Below, piece after piece: positions 1 to 12,131 of a stretch of DNA of 64,000 nt (the first letter of the stretch is position 1; every line of letters starts with the position of its first letter). The stretch lies in the NCBI GenBank assembly GCA_964106645.2, contig OZ067039.1. One strand, written 5' to 3'. Source of the DNA: Podarcis pityusensis (lineage: Eukaryota). The notes beneath the pieces are model-generated. The model made no database searches. It had not been told where the DNA came from and was given only the letters and a program-made list of their open reading frames with translations. A program made the position numbers and the translations under genes.

Positions 1-25
1 AACCTCCAATTATCCAAGTCTCTTA

Positions 26-102
26 GGCTGCAATCCTATACTCACAGACTCCCACTGAACTCAGTGAAGCTTACTTATGAGTAGGCAGGTATAGGAATGC
101 AC
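26..102. mobile_element. Short degenerate palindromic MITE-like element
   Basis: ggctgcaatcctata...tataggaatgcact inverted ends; related copy near 9012-9098. Confidence 0.45.
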
Positions 103-2844
103 TGTTCATTACCCAAGTTCACTTTTTGTTGTCCCTTGAACTAGCTCTCTATATTAAGCACCCCATCCTCTGCCACAGACATCTGGTTATCCATACATTT
201 TGGATGCCTCCCAATGCTCTCTGATAAATGAGAACATACTGTATATACATTACCTTTCAATCTATGTAGGTACGTTTTACTGTTGGAAACCGCAAACCTG
301 CATATAATTCATTGCATCATTTTAAGTGTCATTAGCAAATGCTAAAGTTTCCCAAAGTTAGTACACACTATCCCAGCTGTGGAAGACAATATATTTGTAA
401 AGCAGCTAGGATTACAATCATAAATAGGTACAAAATGGAAAGTGGAACTGATCCAATGCTAGCTATAAATCCTGTGAAAAACCAACCATCAAAATCCACA
501 GTAGTAGGGGAATGGCACAACCAGAAGTCATGACACCCATCCCCAGTTCCACCAGTGCTTAGTAGCCATGATGACCTAATCAAAGTTCCGCAAAAGACAA
601 GCCTAGTCTGCAACCCCAGTTCACATAGTTCTTACCTGGCTAGGTTGGGCTGCAGAATCTTTGATGCTGACCTTCCCATGAAAAACCATTCAAACCCATC
701 CTCCCTGAAGACCTTCCTGGAGATCAGTAGCATCCCTGTGGGAGGAAAAAAAGAAGATGAGCTGAAAGGAGGAAGAAGAATCAACTCACAATGTCAAGCT
801 GACTTATTTGTATTGCTTTATATGATGTTGTACGTATTTATTTTCTCTGTTTGTTGACACTATGATTCTTTTTTGTTCTAAACGTGTTTTTTAGTTGTTT
901 ATTTATTACTGTTCATTTGGTATTTTTTGTGAGCCACTTTCAGCACAATTTCAAGGAGAAGTGGCATATAAATAAACTGATGATGATGGATACTACAGAG
1001 GAAAATAATGCTGAGAGAATTAGGGCTGATCTGGATGCACCCTCACAGCATTCAGTCAAAAACTAATAATCCAACATCTGTAGGGCCACAGGTTAGCTAC
1101 TCCTGTTTTCTTGGGTTAAACATGGGGGATGGGATAGCAATCCTGCAAATTTTGCAAGAGAAGCTGGTTGTGTACAGGGCTGTTTAATTGTCTCCTAATA
1201 TTGCCAGCAAGAAACCTTTCCCCAATATCCTTCAAACAGCGGGTTTCCATCTGAGTTCACAAATCATTGTCTTAACCACCATGCTACAGCACTCAAATCT
1301 ACGTATGTAAAGCTCAGTCTTTCCAAACAGTTTTTTAAAAAATATGTTCTCACAGTAGATTGAACCATTTCATAAAGCAGTTGTTATCAGTAAGAAGCAC
1401 CTTAGGAAATGATATGATTTTGAAGGCTCATCTCACGTTTCCTTGGAACCACTCTTGTACAGTTTATGTATTTTATTTCCAAGACTTATATACAACTAAA
1501 ATTAAAGCCAGTTATTAAATCATTAAAACAGACAACATAATTTAAATCCCTCCAAAGGCTTAAGAGAACAGATATATTTTAACCTGGCAACAGAATCCAA
1601 AGAAAACTGAAGCCATCCATGCCTCCAGGGGCAAGACAGTAATATTTTTATCAGATGTTTGATTACAAATCAATGTACAGGCAGAGGAGCAGCATATATA
1701 ATTCTGGTGGAAATCAGGTGCATGCAGAAGAGCTTTTAGCAATTAATAGTAGGAAGCGGCATATAGTAAGAGAAGGTGCCTTTTCATGTCACTGCAAGCA
1801 TCACCCACTAGCAGAACAGCAAGAAATACCCCAATGGTGATTTCAGGGCCTGCAGTGGCTACTATGGGCAGAGGAACATCAAGAAGTAACTTAGTTTGAA
1901 GCCAGTAAATAAGTCAACATTAGGACCTTAAATCGGACCCTGTGGCCCATAGACAACCAGTGTAGATACCACACTTTCCTCCCACTGCCTACCCCCAAAA
2001 TTGGCTTGGAGGTATTGAGAGAACCTCTAGAATAGTATGCACAGGGGCGGGGAAGAGAAGAGGGGTCATTCCATCTGGCAAGCTGAATTGGTTGCACTGT
2101 CAGGACAATTGCCATAGCACTATGTTGAATTCCTTCCATACAATAAAGGACACAATACCTTCCAACTCTATGATTCTATGAAATGCAAGGATAATACAGT
2201 ACAAGGATTTAGAAACAAAGCCACCACTTTGTACTGGTGGTAACTGTGCTGTTAGAGTGACCATGCTAGTCAGTATCAACTAGCAATGAATGATCACCAG
2301 AGAGAATGGAACCTGTGGGTTGAAGGGAACAGATCCAGAGAGCCCATTGTCCACAGAATGCTACATCTGGAAATGCTCTTAGACAAATGTGAAGTTTATA
2401 TCTTCCACATTGCTTTCCAGATCAGCCTTTCTAGCAAGCTACCTGTGATCTTCTCTCACAGGCTCTCAGCTGTGGTAGATTAGTTTAAAACTGATAGGCT
2501 AAGCTGGTGCAGAAACAAAAGGATTTCTGGCTTCTTTTCAAGGTTTTATAAAAAAAGGTGTGCAAATATCTTTTTTATGACTTTCACATCAGATGATCTG
2601 AATCCCACTACAAAATATTTTTTTAAAAAAACCCTGAAGACTGCTTTAAACCAGTTCCAGCTTCCTAAAACTCAAGGGATCACTTACCGTAACTACCTGG
2701 ATTTGTTAGTATCTGGAAATATACCATAACTTCATTGCCACAACCTAAGCTATGCATACTTTTTGCAGGATACATCAGGAATAGGGGTCACTATTCAGGG
2801 AGGAAATTACCTACACTTTTACCAGCACATGCAGATAATATATT

Positions 2845-3172
2845 ATATGATAGCTGCCTTCAAATATCTGAAGGGCTGTCACATGGAAGATGGAGCAAGC
2901 TAGTTTCCTCCTGCTCTGGAGGGTAGGACACGAACCAATGGCTTCAAGTTACAAGAAAGAGATTCTGACTAAACATACAGAGAAATTTTCTGATGGTAAG
3001 AGCTGATTGACAGTGTAACAGACTCCCTCGGGAGGTTGTGGACTCTCCTTCCTTGGAAGTTTTTAAGCAGAGGTTGGATGGTTAACTGCTATGGATGCTT
3101 CAACTGTGATTACTGCATTGCAGGGGGTTGGACTAGATGACCCTTGAAGTTCCCTTCCAACTCTATTATTCT
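2845..3172 (+). mobile_element. CR1 LINE 3' fragment
   Basis: End of CR1 ORF2 (atgatagctgccttcaaatatctgaagggctg) plus CR1 tail gggttggactagatgacc...cccttccaactcta. Confidence 0.9.
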
Positions 3173-3515
3173 AGTCTGGTTCTGGCATCTAAACAGCAAA
3201 TATACCAGCACTTCTAATAAAATTGGATATTTATTTATTTTATAATTTTATATCCTGCTTCTCTCCTCAGTACCAGCACCAACTTTTGTTGTTGTTCCTT
3301 ACAGAATGTTCTCCTGCTGCTCTTTGCAGACATAGAGGGCTTCTTTCATACCTGCAAAGAGCAGCCTAAAAATGACTTGAAAGTAAGCATAAACTAACTA
3401 GCTGCTTGCCTGCCGGCTGTTCAAAAGCAGCCTCTTGAAGATCTGCTGGCTGGGAAGAGCTTCATGTCAAGGAGTAGGTTGGAACACTTCCCTACCAGTC
3501 AATCTACCCATAAAG

Positions 3516-3720
3516 GCAGTGTTGTGTAGTGGTTGGAGTATAAGACTATGGCCTGGAAGAGCAGGTTCAGATCCCCACTCACTGGGTGACCTTGGCCAGC
3601 TCAGGGTCTCTCAGTCTAACCTACCTCACAGGGTTGTTCTGAAGATAAAATGGAGAGGAGAGCCATTTACAACAACACCCTGAACTCCTTGTGAAAATGA
3701 CAGCAATTTTGAAATTCTAA
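3516..3720 (+). mobile_element. MIR/CORE-type SINE, degenerate
   Basis: A-box gtgtagtggtt, B-box ggttcagatccc, core gggtgaccttggcc...cctacctcacagggttgtt. Confidence 0.7.
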
Positions 3721-3910
3721 AAATAATAGCAACAGTAATAAGGCACCACAATCAGTTGCTTCACAAAGTAGGTCACAGTGGTCCTACAGATTCAGGCATC
3801 AGTCTGTTGAAACTAGTGCTGTGTCAAAACCTGTCCTCAAATTTCTCAAAAGTTTTCCTGCCTCATTCTCAGTGGACTTTAGAATTTTAGTGGGTTTCAA
3901 GACAACCTAT

Positions 3911-4021
3911 CATTTCAGAAGGGACAACAAGGGTCATCTAGTCAAACCCCCAGAAATGAAGGAATATTTTGCCCAACGTGGGACTCAAACCCATAACCCT
4001 AAGATTCATGCGACTAAGCTA
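3911..4021 (-). mobile_element. Degenerate tRNA-Lys-head/CR1-tail SINE
   Basis: Internally deleted relative of 50158-50301 (gggtcatctagtcaaacccc; gcccaacgtgggactcaaaccc). Confidence 0.65.
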
Positions 4022-5159
4022 CCCCACAGAATGTTTTTTTTTTTTTAAAAAAAGAGACACATATTTGGCACACCACAGCTGAAACTGTTCATCCTGATCA
4101 CAGCAGCATTGCTGGAACAAGAGAATACTCTCTAATTTGGACTCCCAAGTATAGGACAACAGAGGGCGCTGGGGTGGGCTACCTCTTGTGAAGCCAATTC
4201 CAGGGCTGCCTGACAAAGTCATAACTGAACCTCTCAGCATGTGCAAGACTGTGGTGCCTCTGCACAGGCCACAACCCCCATAGGCTGTCTTGGAGATTGG
4301 AGAGGGCTGCGCACTGGCACTGCAAGAACTACAGATTTTGGTTTGTTGTGCAAATGATGAACCATGGAATTTTCCCCAATAATCTACCCAGAGTCAGTTG
4401 AATTCAGTGTTGCCTCCTTCTTGGGCTATTTCAGGACTTCACATTCAAAATATCCTTTCATACAGAAATGCCTTCTATAACAAACTGGTAACCTATGTGT
4501 CTGATATTCTGTCTGGAGTCCAAATTGACTCAAGATGGTTGATTTCATGCATGTGCCTGGGGCCATCTTCTACCCAGTCCACTTTTAGAAACTGCAGTTG
4601 TGGTTTCCTATACCAGAAAAGACAGGGTATACTTAATACTACCAAAAGTTTTCTTTATTATGTAGCATTAAGTATACCCTGTCTTTTATGGTGTAAATAG
4701 TCCCCTGGCTAGCAACTGCTTTGCATCCGGATCACTTGCACACAAAAGGTAAATCTTCAGTACTAACTCTCCCTGTCCCATCTCACATCTTTGGGGATTT
4801 TCCCACTCTGACTCTATATGCAGATGGCCTATTTGCAGATGGCCAGCAAATTTATTCACAGCATAGAAAGTCCACACACTTCTGCCTCGAAGCAGAAAAG
4901 AAACTTTCTATGCAGGCATTTGGAGGTGGAAGATGAGACCAGAATACAGCTCCCATTGCAGCATTGTTATTTCCAATTATTGCTGATTCAGTTTAGTATA
5001 TATCCTAGTAATGTTTGTATCTTTTACTTGAATTGAACTGTGTTGACTTATTTAATTTATATCCCCCTTCAAATTTCAACAAAAATCACCACACAGTTTA
5101 CATATCCTAGCAAAAAGAAACAAAGGTAAGAAATACAGTGCACATTTCATAATCATAAC

Positions 5160-5318
5160 TGATCTGCTTTGTATGTAAAAGGTCCCAGATTCAATCCCTA
5201 ACATATCCAGGTAGGTGTGGAAGAAAATCCTATCTGAAATCCTGGAGAACAACTGCCAGTCAGTGTAGACAATACTGAGATAGACTAATGGTCTAACTCA
5301 GTATAAGGCAACTTCCTT
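5160..5318 (+). mobile_element. tRNA-derived SINE (squamate family)
   Basis: B-box-like ggtcccagattcaatccc then tgccagtcagtgtagacaatactgag...aggcaacttcct; related copies at ~34566-34748(-), ~39888-40008(-), ~59195-59302(+). Confidence 0.7.
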
Positions 5319-5610
5319 TAAGTAATATAATTTAACAATAACAAGTAGCTTTGAGGAATGTATGTAAATAAAATTTTAGTAGTACAAAAACATATCATAT
5401 GCAAAGCATAATCATATAACATATCACAAAAATATCATGAATATTACAAAAAAGCAATCACCAAAATTTATCTGCATACACATTCACACGACACACAGCT
5501 AATTTAAACATGCAACCTCCACATATGCAATCACACTCTCCTTACATCCACCACATTACTCCATCCACTCAGTTCTCAATTCAAGAAAACATTCAAATGT
5601 TCAACTAACC

Positions 5611-5800
5611 CAGGGGTTGTCAACCTGGTCCCTACCACCCACTAGTGGCCGTTTCAGGATTCTAAGTGGGCGGTAGGGGGTTCTATGGCACAAGCTGAAT
5701 CCTCCTTCCATTGAGCACTGGTGGGTGGTAAAGAAATTTTACCATAAAGAAAGATGCATTAGTGGGTATAAAAAGGTATAAAAAAGGTTGACTACCCCTG
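5611..5800. mobile_element. hAT-type MITE
   Basis: 16-bp TIR caggggttgtcaacct/aggttgactacccctg (15/16 match) and perfect 8-bp TSD aactaacc at 5603-5610 and 5801-5808. Confidence 0.92.
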
Positions 5801-6620
5801 AACTAACCAATAATTATGTACAAAAAAAACAAGGTCCACTGAATAACACAATTCAACAGCAGCAGAAAAACAAAATTCCCACCCTCATCTCTCCTCTCAA
5901 CTCAGTATGGACATCTTCCCCTCCTCTCACCTAGGAAGATTAAGTCCTTACCCACCAACAGGACCTTACATTGTGAGGAGTCAGGTGGACCCACCAGCAC
6001 ACCTGCCACTCACCATCTTCACTGACTCCATTGGCAGATGAATCAACTAAACCTTGTGACTCATACATGGGGTATGGGGGGCAGCAGCTGCGGCATTGGA
6101 AAGATGGCTGGGAACCAGCCCATCTGGTGTATTAACTTGTCTTGGGATTGCATGGTAAACGGTTGACTATAAATGCCTATAAGCAAGCAAGCAAACGAAA
6201 TTTACCGGATTTGCCTTCACTTTCAAAAGAAATATATATGTTGGTTACTTCATATGACAGCTACTTGCCCCTTGTAACTCTTTTTCTGGTGGGAACCCAG
6301 AGAGCAGTATTTCTTATTCTGAAAATTGTGGCAGTTTTAACGTGTGAATGTAAAAGCGTTTGAAGCAGAACGCAAGGCAGTTCTACATTCTTACATGTCT
6401 CTCTGCTTTGTGAGGAGTTGCATTTTGCCAGTATCACTGCTGATGTGGTAGCCATTTTGCTTCCTCCAGTTCCTGCACTGTAGTGGGCACTCTAAGGAAC
6501 CATTACTTAGACATTAGTTACAACTTGCAATTATACATGGATAGATAGACAGATTACTACATATTAGCTTAAAAAGAAAAAGAGTGCCATCCTGTGACAT
6601 CATCCAACAGCATGTTTGGA

Positions 6621-6766
6621 CAAAGTTTACCTCAGGGATGTACATTTTACCTCAAAGTTTACCTCAGGGATGCACACTTTGCCTCAAAGTTTACCTCAGG
6701 GATGCCCACTTTGCCTCAAAATTTACCTCAGGGATGCACACTTTGCCTCAAAGTTTACTTCAGGGA
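6621..6766 (+). repeat. Minisatellite, 32-bp unit, ~4.5 copies
   Basis: Unit caaagtttacctcagggatgcacactttgcct starting at 6621, 6653, 6685, 6717 and 6749. Confidence 0.95.
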
Positions 6767-7059
6767 CATGCCATTCAAATGGTGAAGATGTTTTAAAACA
6801 GGCCCAATTGTTTAACCACCATCATTGTTTGAAATGTAACATTTGTTTTTTAAAGTGCAGACTCTTTTCAGCCAGCCCAAAGCCACCAGCTCCAGAAGCT
6901 GAGACTGAACCTCACCGAGCCCATTTAATTAATATCCCTCGCTGTGGCCTAATTCTCTCTTCAACATGTGGCTGTCATTTGCCTGTCATCACAGCTGATT
7001 TACAATGGGGTTTAATTAAATCCTACGTACATTATTCAGCATTCTCCAAAGGCAGCGCC

Positions 7060-7207
7060 NNNNNNNNNNNNNNNNNNNNNNNNNNNNNNNNNNNNNNNNN
7101 NNNNNNNNNNNNNNNNNNNNNNNNNNNNNNNNNNNNNNNNNNNNNNNNNNNNNNNNNNNNNNNNNNNNNNNNNNNNNNNNNNNNNNNNNNNNNNNNNNNN
7201 NNNNNNN
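7060..7207. other. Assembly gap (148 N)
   Basis: Run of N. Confidence 1.
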
Positions 7208-10200
7208 ATTATGAAGCAACAGCAAATAGAAATTAACTTTTGATCAGCATGTTCCCAGCCCTGCTAATCAGCACTTCAAAGCCCACACACAATAGGAGGT
7301 CATGCAACCTGAGGGAGCTCAACCTTATGCGAATGGATCAGCCTATTTTATTTTATTTTATTATTATTGTGGGGTGGGGAGAGAGATTCACCTTTCCCAG
7401 ACAGCGCCTGCCTCCCTTGGAGACTGCTTCCCACAAGCCTTATTGTACTGGTTTTGCCATACAGCTGTGTATATTGTTTGCAACTTGATTCACGTGTTGC
7501 CTTTTAGATGCACGCAGCTGCAAAGTTCAATGCAACTAAGCTTCCGGCGCTCCAGTCTCACAGCGGAACGCAGATGCCAAGAGCAAAAATCCCGGGACAC
7601 CAGAGAGGTCATGCACGTGAGTGCAGGTGAATGCAACAGGGCAGAGTTTGCGAGCTTTGAGCAGGAAAGTAGCAAATGGTGCCTTCAGACCCTGAAACCC
7701 CGCACAATCCCCTCCCCTCCCCTCCCCTCTACACCCCCTGCTGCTGACTCCACCCATGTGGAATGGATAACAAGAGGCAACTTGAGGCAACCAATGAACG
7801 AAGCAAAGGAAAAGCGCCAGTTGCCAGGCGATGCCAGCTGAAAGGAGAACGTGAAGAACTAGGGGAGCCCGATGAACTCAAAAGCCAAACTCCTGTAAGT
7901 TTTGAGCAGTATTGATTGCTAAGTTTTCTGTACAAAAATATCTTTTTGGTTCAGAACTGGGTGGTGGCTCACCGTACTGTTGCATTTTAGAGAAAGAATT
8001 CTAATTGCTTTCTGCTAATACGTTGAGTGTGTATGTATGTGTTTATGAGGTGTTGCAACAGCTAACTGCCTGGATGGAGTCCCTAAAGGACGCAGGGTAG
8101 GCTTATGTATGCTGTCTGAGATTCCCCTACTAAAATATCAGTATTAACAGCTCAGGATAAGCATTTTACTTCCAAAAGCAATATTTAAGTTTGCTTCCAA
8201 ACAGCTTGCTTATTAAGCATTCTCCCTGATTCGTTTGCAGGGAAATTATAGGACATTGCCTCAAGCAATTGTTATCCCACACTTTTCCAGTGGATTTCCC
8301 CATCAGTTTCTGTATTGCAAAAAGTCTGGGGTTTGGGGGTGGGGGAAGCCTTTTTGTGCAATCACACAATCTGAATTTGCCAGTATGGGGTTGAATCCCA
8401 GTCTAGAAGTATTAAAAATGTAAGCATGGTGGGTGGGGGGTAAAATAGGGTTGTTTCAATTTCTAAAGAAGAGTTCTGTAAAACTAAACAGAACAGCTTG
8501 CAGACTATAAGCAGTGGTAGTTGGTGCATATTATTAAACATGCCAGGTTGGATCCAGGATTACCCTTCTATGAACAAGAGGTACTGAAACCCAGGGGAGG
8601 CTTCTGCTGGAGAAAGAGGGGAAGCCAAGTTTTAGCAATTCCTCCGTCACCCTGCAGTTTCCTACACCACCTCCCATACTGCTTTGGAGGGAACCCCAAA
8701 CCCCCAAAACAAATTTTCAGAAGGGCTGCATGGGAAAGGGAATTGACAAAATTTGCCATACCCCTTTCCCCCCAGAGAGTATCCTGTGGGCAGAGTTCCA
8801 TTCCCATAAATTCTGGACCAAAGCCACTAACTTTGTAAAAACAGCAGCCTCAAAGTGGTTTACAATCAAGCAGTGTACAGTATAAATTCTATGAAATAAA
8901 TAAAATAAATATAGGTGAAAATGTGTCATGTTGCAGCCTAACCCTGAAAATATTGGAATGAAATGCAATAATTGTCTCAATGTCTATGGGCATGTTGCTT
9001 CAACTTGCATCACAATCCTTAACATATCTACTCAGAAGTAAGTTCTCTTGAACTTGATGAGGCTTCCTCCTAGCTACATGAGGTTAGGATTGCTGCCCTA
9101 TCAACAGCTCCAACTTTCTTGAAGAGCTTCTAGGAAAAGAGAGTAAGGATAATGGGCCAAGCTTCCATTCTTCATTCCCTAGAGTGGTTTTTCAGAAAGT
9201 CAAGTAACCATTTCCTTCTTTACCTTCTGAATTGGCAACTGGGTTACCAGGTGACACTCACATTGAGGCTGGGTTTGAGCTAGATGACTCTCTGTCTCAG
9301 TCTCTGCTATAATTCCCCTCACCCAACACATGGAAAACATTATGTCAGAATGAAAAACTAAGGTGTGTTTGGGGAGTGGAGTAGGAACTTGAGCAAAATT
9401 GGGCAGGAATCTAGGATGCTGTTGACAGTTCATTTTTGCAAAGCCCATCTTCAGTTTTTCATCTGACATAATGTCTCCCGCGTGTGTTTCCTTGCAGAGG
9501 AAAGGTTGTTCCAGTGGAATTCTCCATTAGTGTCAGCAAGACCACATTCATAATTACAATGTACGTGTAGCAGTTATGGGAGCTTTTTATAACTGCATTC
9601 CTTATCCATGGCTGGTCTGGCCTGTTTCCAGTTTCTCCCTGGGAAGCCAGTGTTTTACCGGGTTAGTTGCAGCTGAGGATAAGAATGGAAAGGTGTGATT
9701 GAAGGGCACTTCCTAGTCTTTAGGAGTAGTCAGTCACCAAGCTATTGAGTCGGTCTGATCATCAGCTTTTTATGGGTGTCATGCTTAAATGCCATAAATC
9801 CTTCAGCAAATTTTGAAAGCATGTCTTTCTCCTGAGAATGAAAACAGAATGGATACTGTTCTTGCCACAGTAATTTAAACACACACACACTACTGTTAGA
9901 CAAGAAATAGTGTGTGAGAAAAAGAGAAAGGGAGGGAGGGGGTGGGTGGGTAGGTAGGGAAGGGGGAGCTGTTACTGCAATGCTATTTGGTCACTCTAAT
10001 TACCAATAATGGCACCTACTGGCATGCCCAACCACAATCAACTCATTTTAAAAGCTATATAATAATGTTTAGGATAGGAAATTAATTTTCATAGCCACTG
10101 CAGCTGATTTACTTGTGCTGTAATTTAGATTTATTGCAAATTAAATTCCCCCAAGTCAAGTGTTTGACTTGAAGAAGCACCACTTTAATAAAAGGGGGAA

Positions 10201-10232
10201 ATGCATTGCCATAGCCAGGAGATGCAGATAAT

Positions 10233-10402
10233 GGCTATATCTGCACCATACATTTAAAGCACATGACTTCCCTGAAATAATCCTGGAAACTGTAGTTTGC
10301 TCAGGGTGCTGTGAATGGTATCTCTGAGGGATAGACTGCAGTTCACAGGATTCTCTTTTTTGGGGGGGAACCATGTCCTTTAAATGTCAATGTGGAGGTG
10401 CT
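10233..10402. mobile_element. Degenerate palindromic MITE
   Basis: catttaaagcacatg...aatcctggaaactgtagt mirrored by actgcagttcacaggatt...catgtcctttaaatg. Confidence 0.6.
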
Positions 10403-11894
10403 GTCCAAACCTCAGTGTACCCATTGAAAACATCCCCCCCTGCCCCCGGGGAAGGGTTTGCTGTGGGGTTTGTGCATAACAGAATGGTCTACTAATGTTC
10501 TCCTGGGCCCCCTCACTTTCCCATACATATATAATGTAATTGGCTCCTTCTCTCTTCTGTGGGCCTCTTCCTAGGAACAGAATTACCACCTCCCAAAGAA
10601 TACCCATAACAGGAAGTCAGAGGAGAGGGTCAAGAAAGGAGAAGAGTAGGGGAAGCAGAATTTATCTCCTCTCTCAGTCCACTCCAGGCCCAGATGGCAT
10701 GCAGGCACTTGGTTCTCTTTCCATTCCATCTCTGCATTCCTTTGAAGCCAGAGAAAGAAGAGGAGGAAGCAGTCGACATAGTACTAGGACTCACTGCTTG
10801 CAAGGCAAACAAACCTATTCCTGGTTACAGGCAGGGCCCTAGAACAGAGGTTTGAGTAGAGCCCAAACCTGAGTTTGGAGTGGACAATGCCTGACCCAAG
10901 AGCTGCACCAATTATTCACCCCACCCCATCCCACCCTTGTCACCAACATAGATGTATGGATGATGCATTCCCAGCACTGTGCCACTTTGTACCAAGTTTA
11001 AAATCATGCAAGTTTCCACCACATATCACCTGTCCTGAAGTCATTTTGTGGTGAGAATATGGCCATGTAAGTTGAAACCAGGCCTCTTCATATGGGGTAG
11101 CAGCTCAACTTTGAGAGGTAGGGCACTGGGCAGTTGACAACAGATCCAAAATTTCTGCCATCAAGAAAGCTAATCCAGATTTTCTAGATATTGGAACTAT
11201 TGTTTGCCACGAGGCAATGGTGGACTGTTATTTGAGAAAAACAAATCCTAGTCTAACTTGGGTCTGTGGAGATAGTTAAATAGTTCTTTGGAACCAGGCT
11301 GCATCTGTATTCACTTCAAACTACCTGGGTAGTCTTTGATTGGTCACCTGGGTTAGAGAGCTGTGAATGTGATTCTAAAAGAAGTTTCCTTTTTGGATTG
11401 GATTATTTGGGTGGTTTGTTAGGCCTTTGCCTCATTTCTTGAGACTGCAATGTGTTTTTCTGTTCTTGCTATTCCCCATTCTCTCCATTCACCTTTGTCC
11501 TGTTTCATCTAACTTGGTATGTAAGCAGTCTAAGCATGGGCCATTTATCTAGCAAACCATTACCATTGCATTAGTATGAAGTAAATACTAATTCCAGTGG
11601 TAGTAATAACACAGTAAGCAACTGGCAAAAGCATAGTTATATTACGCATTTTTATGAACAAGTTAAGCTTGAGGAAGTTCCTGCATGTTTTCATCAAGAC
11701 AGGATCTGTCTTTGCCATTGACAAATGTAGAGAAGAAATCTTAAAGCTATCAGTGTCTATATCAGGATTTGATGCTGTATTCAGGAAGTAACTTTTTAAG
11801 AACCATGCATTTTCTTGAGCCCATTTCACCGGCATCCAGGACCCTGTCTTCACCTGCCCTTGAATTCCTTCTTGTCCTAATGAAGCTCAGCAAT

Positions 11895-12131
11895 CAGTGT
11901 GGTGTAGTGGTTAAGAGCGGTAGACTCATAATCTGGGGAACCGGGTTCGCGTCTCTGCTCCTCCACATGCAGCTGCTGGGTGACCTTGGGCTAGTCACAC
12001 TTCTTTGAAGTCTCTCAGCCCCACTCACCTCACAAAGTGTTTGTTGTGGGGGAGGAAGGGAAAGGAGAATGTTAGCCACTTTGAGACTCCTTCGGGTAGT
12101 GATAAAGCAGGATATCAAATCCAAACTCTTC
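11895..12131 (+). mobile_element. Young Squam3/MIR-like tRNA-derived SINE
   Basis: A-box tggtgtagtggttaagagc, B-box gggttcgcgtc, CORE-like gggtgaccttgggc, 3' end atatcaaatccaaactcttc; near-identical inverted copy at 50719-50956. Confidence 0.88.

Noticed and set aside
2688-2712. Possible minus-strand microexon (ACG|gtaagt donor)
   Set aside because: Poor polypyrimidine tract and no supporting frame or context
6621-6766. CRISPR-like periodicity
   Set aside because: Head-to-tail units with no unique spacers, in vertebrate DNA with no cas genes
6584-7236. Overlapping ORFs with repeated peptides (up to 206 aa)
   Set aside because: Produced by the 32-bp minisatellite and the N gap
7302-7841. 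179-aa ORF
   Set aside because: No recognisable domain; runs through low-complexity T-rich and C-rich tracts
9200-9469. Minus-strand ORF MSDEKLK... with an in-frame donor at 9224
   Set aside because: No homology recognised; overlaps an inverted-repeat element; splicing it to the 636-735 exon gives an immediate stop
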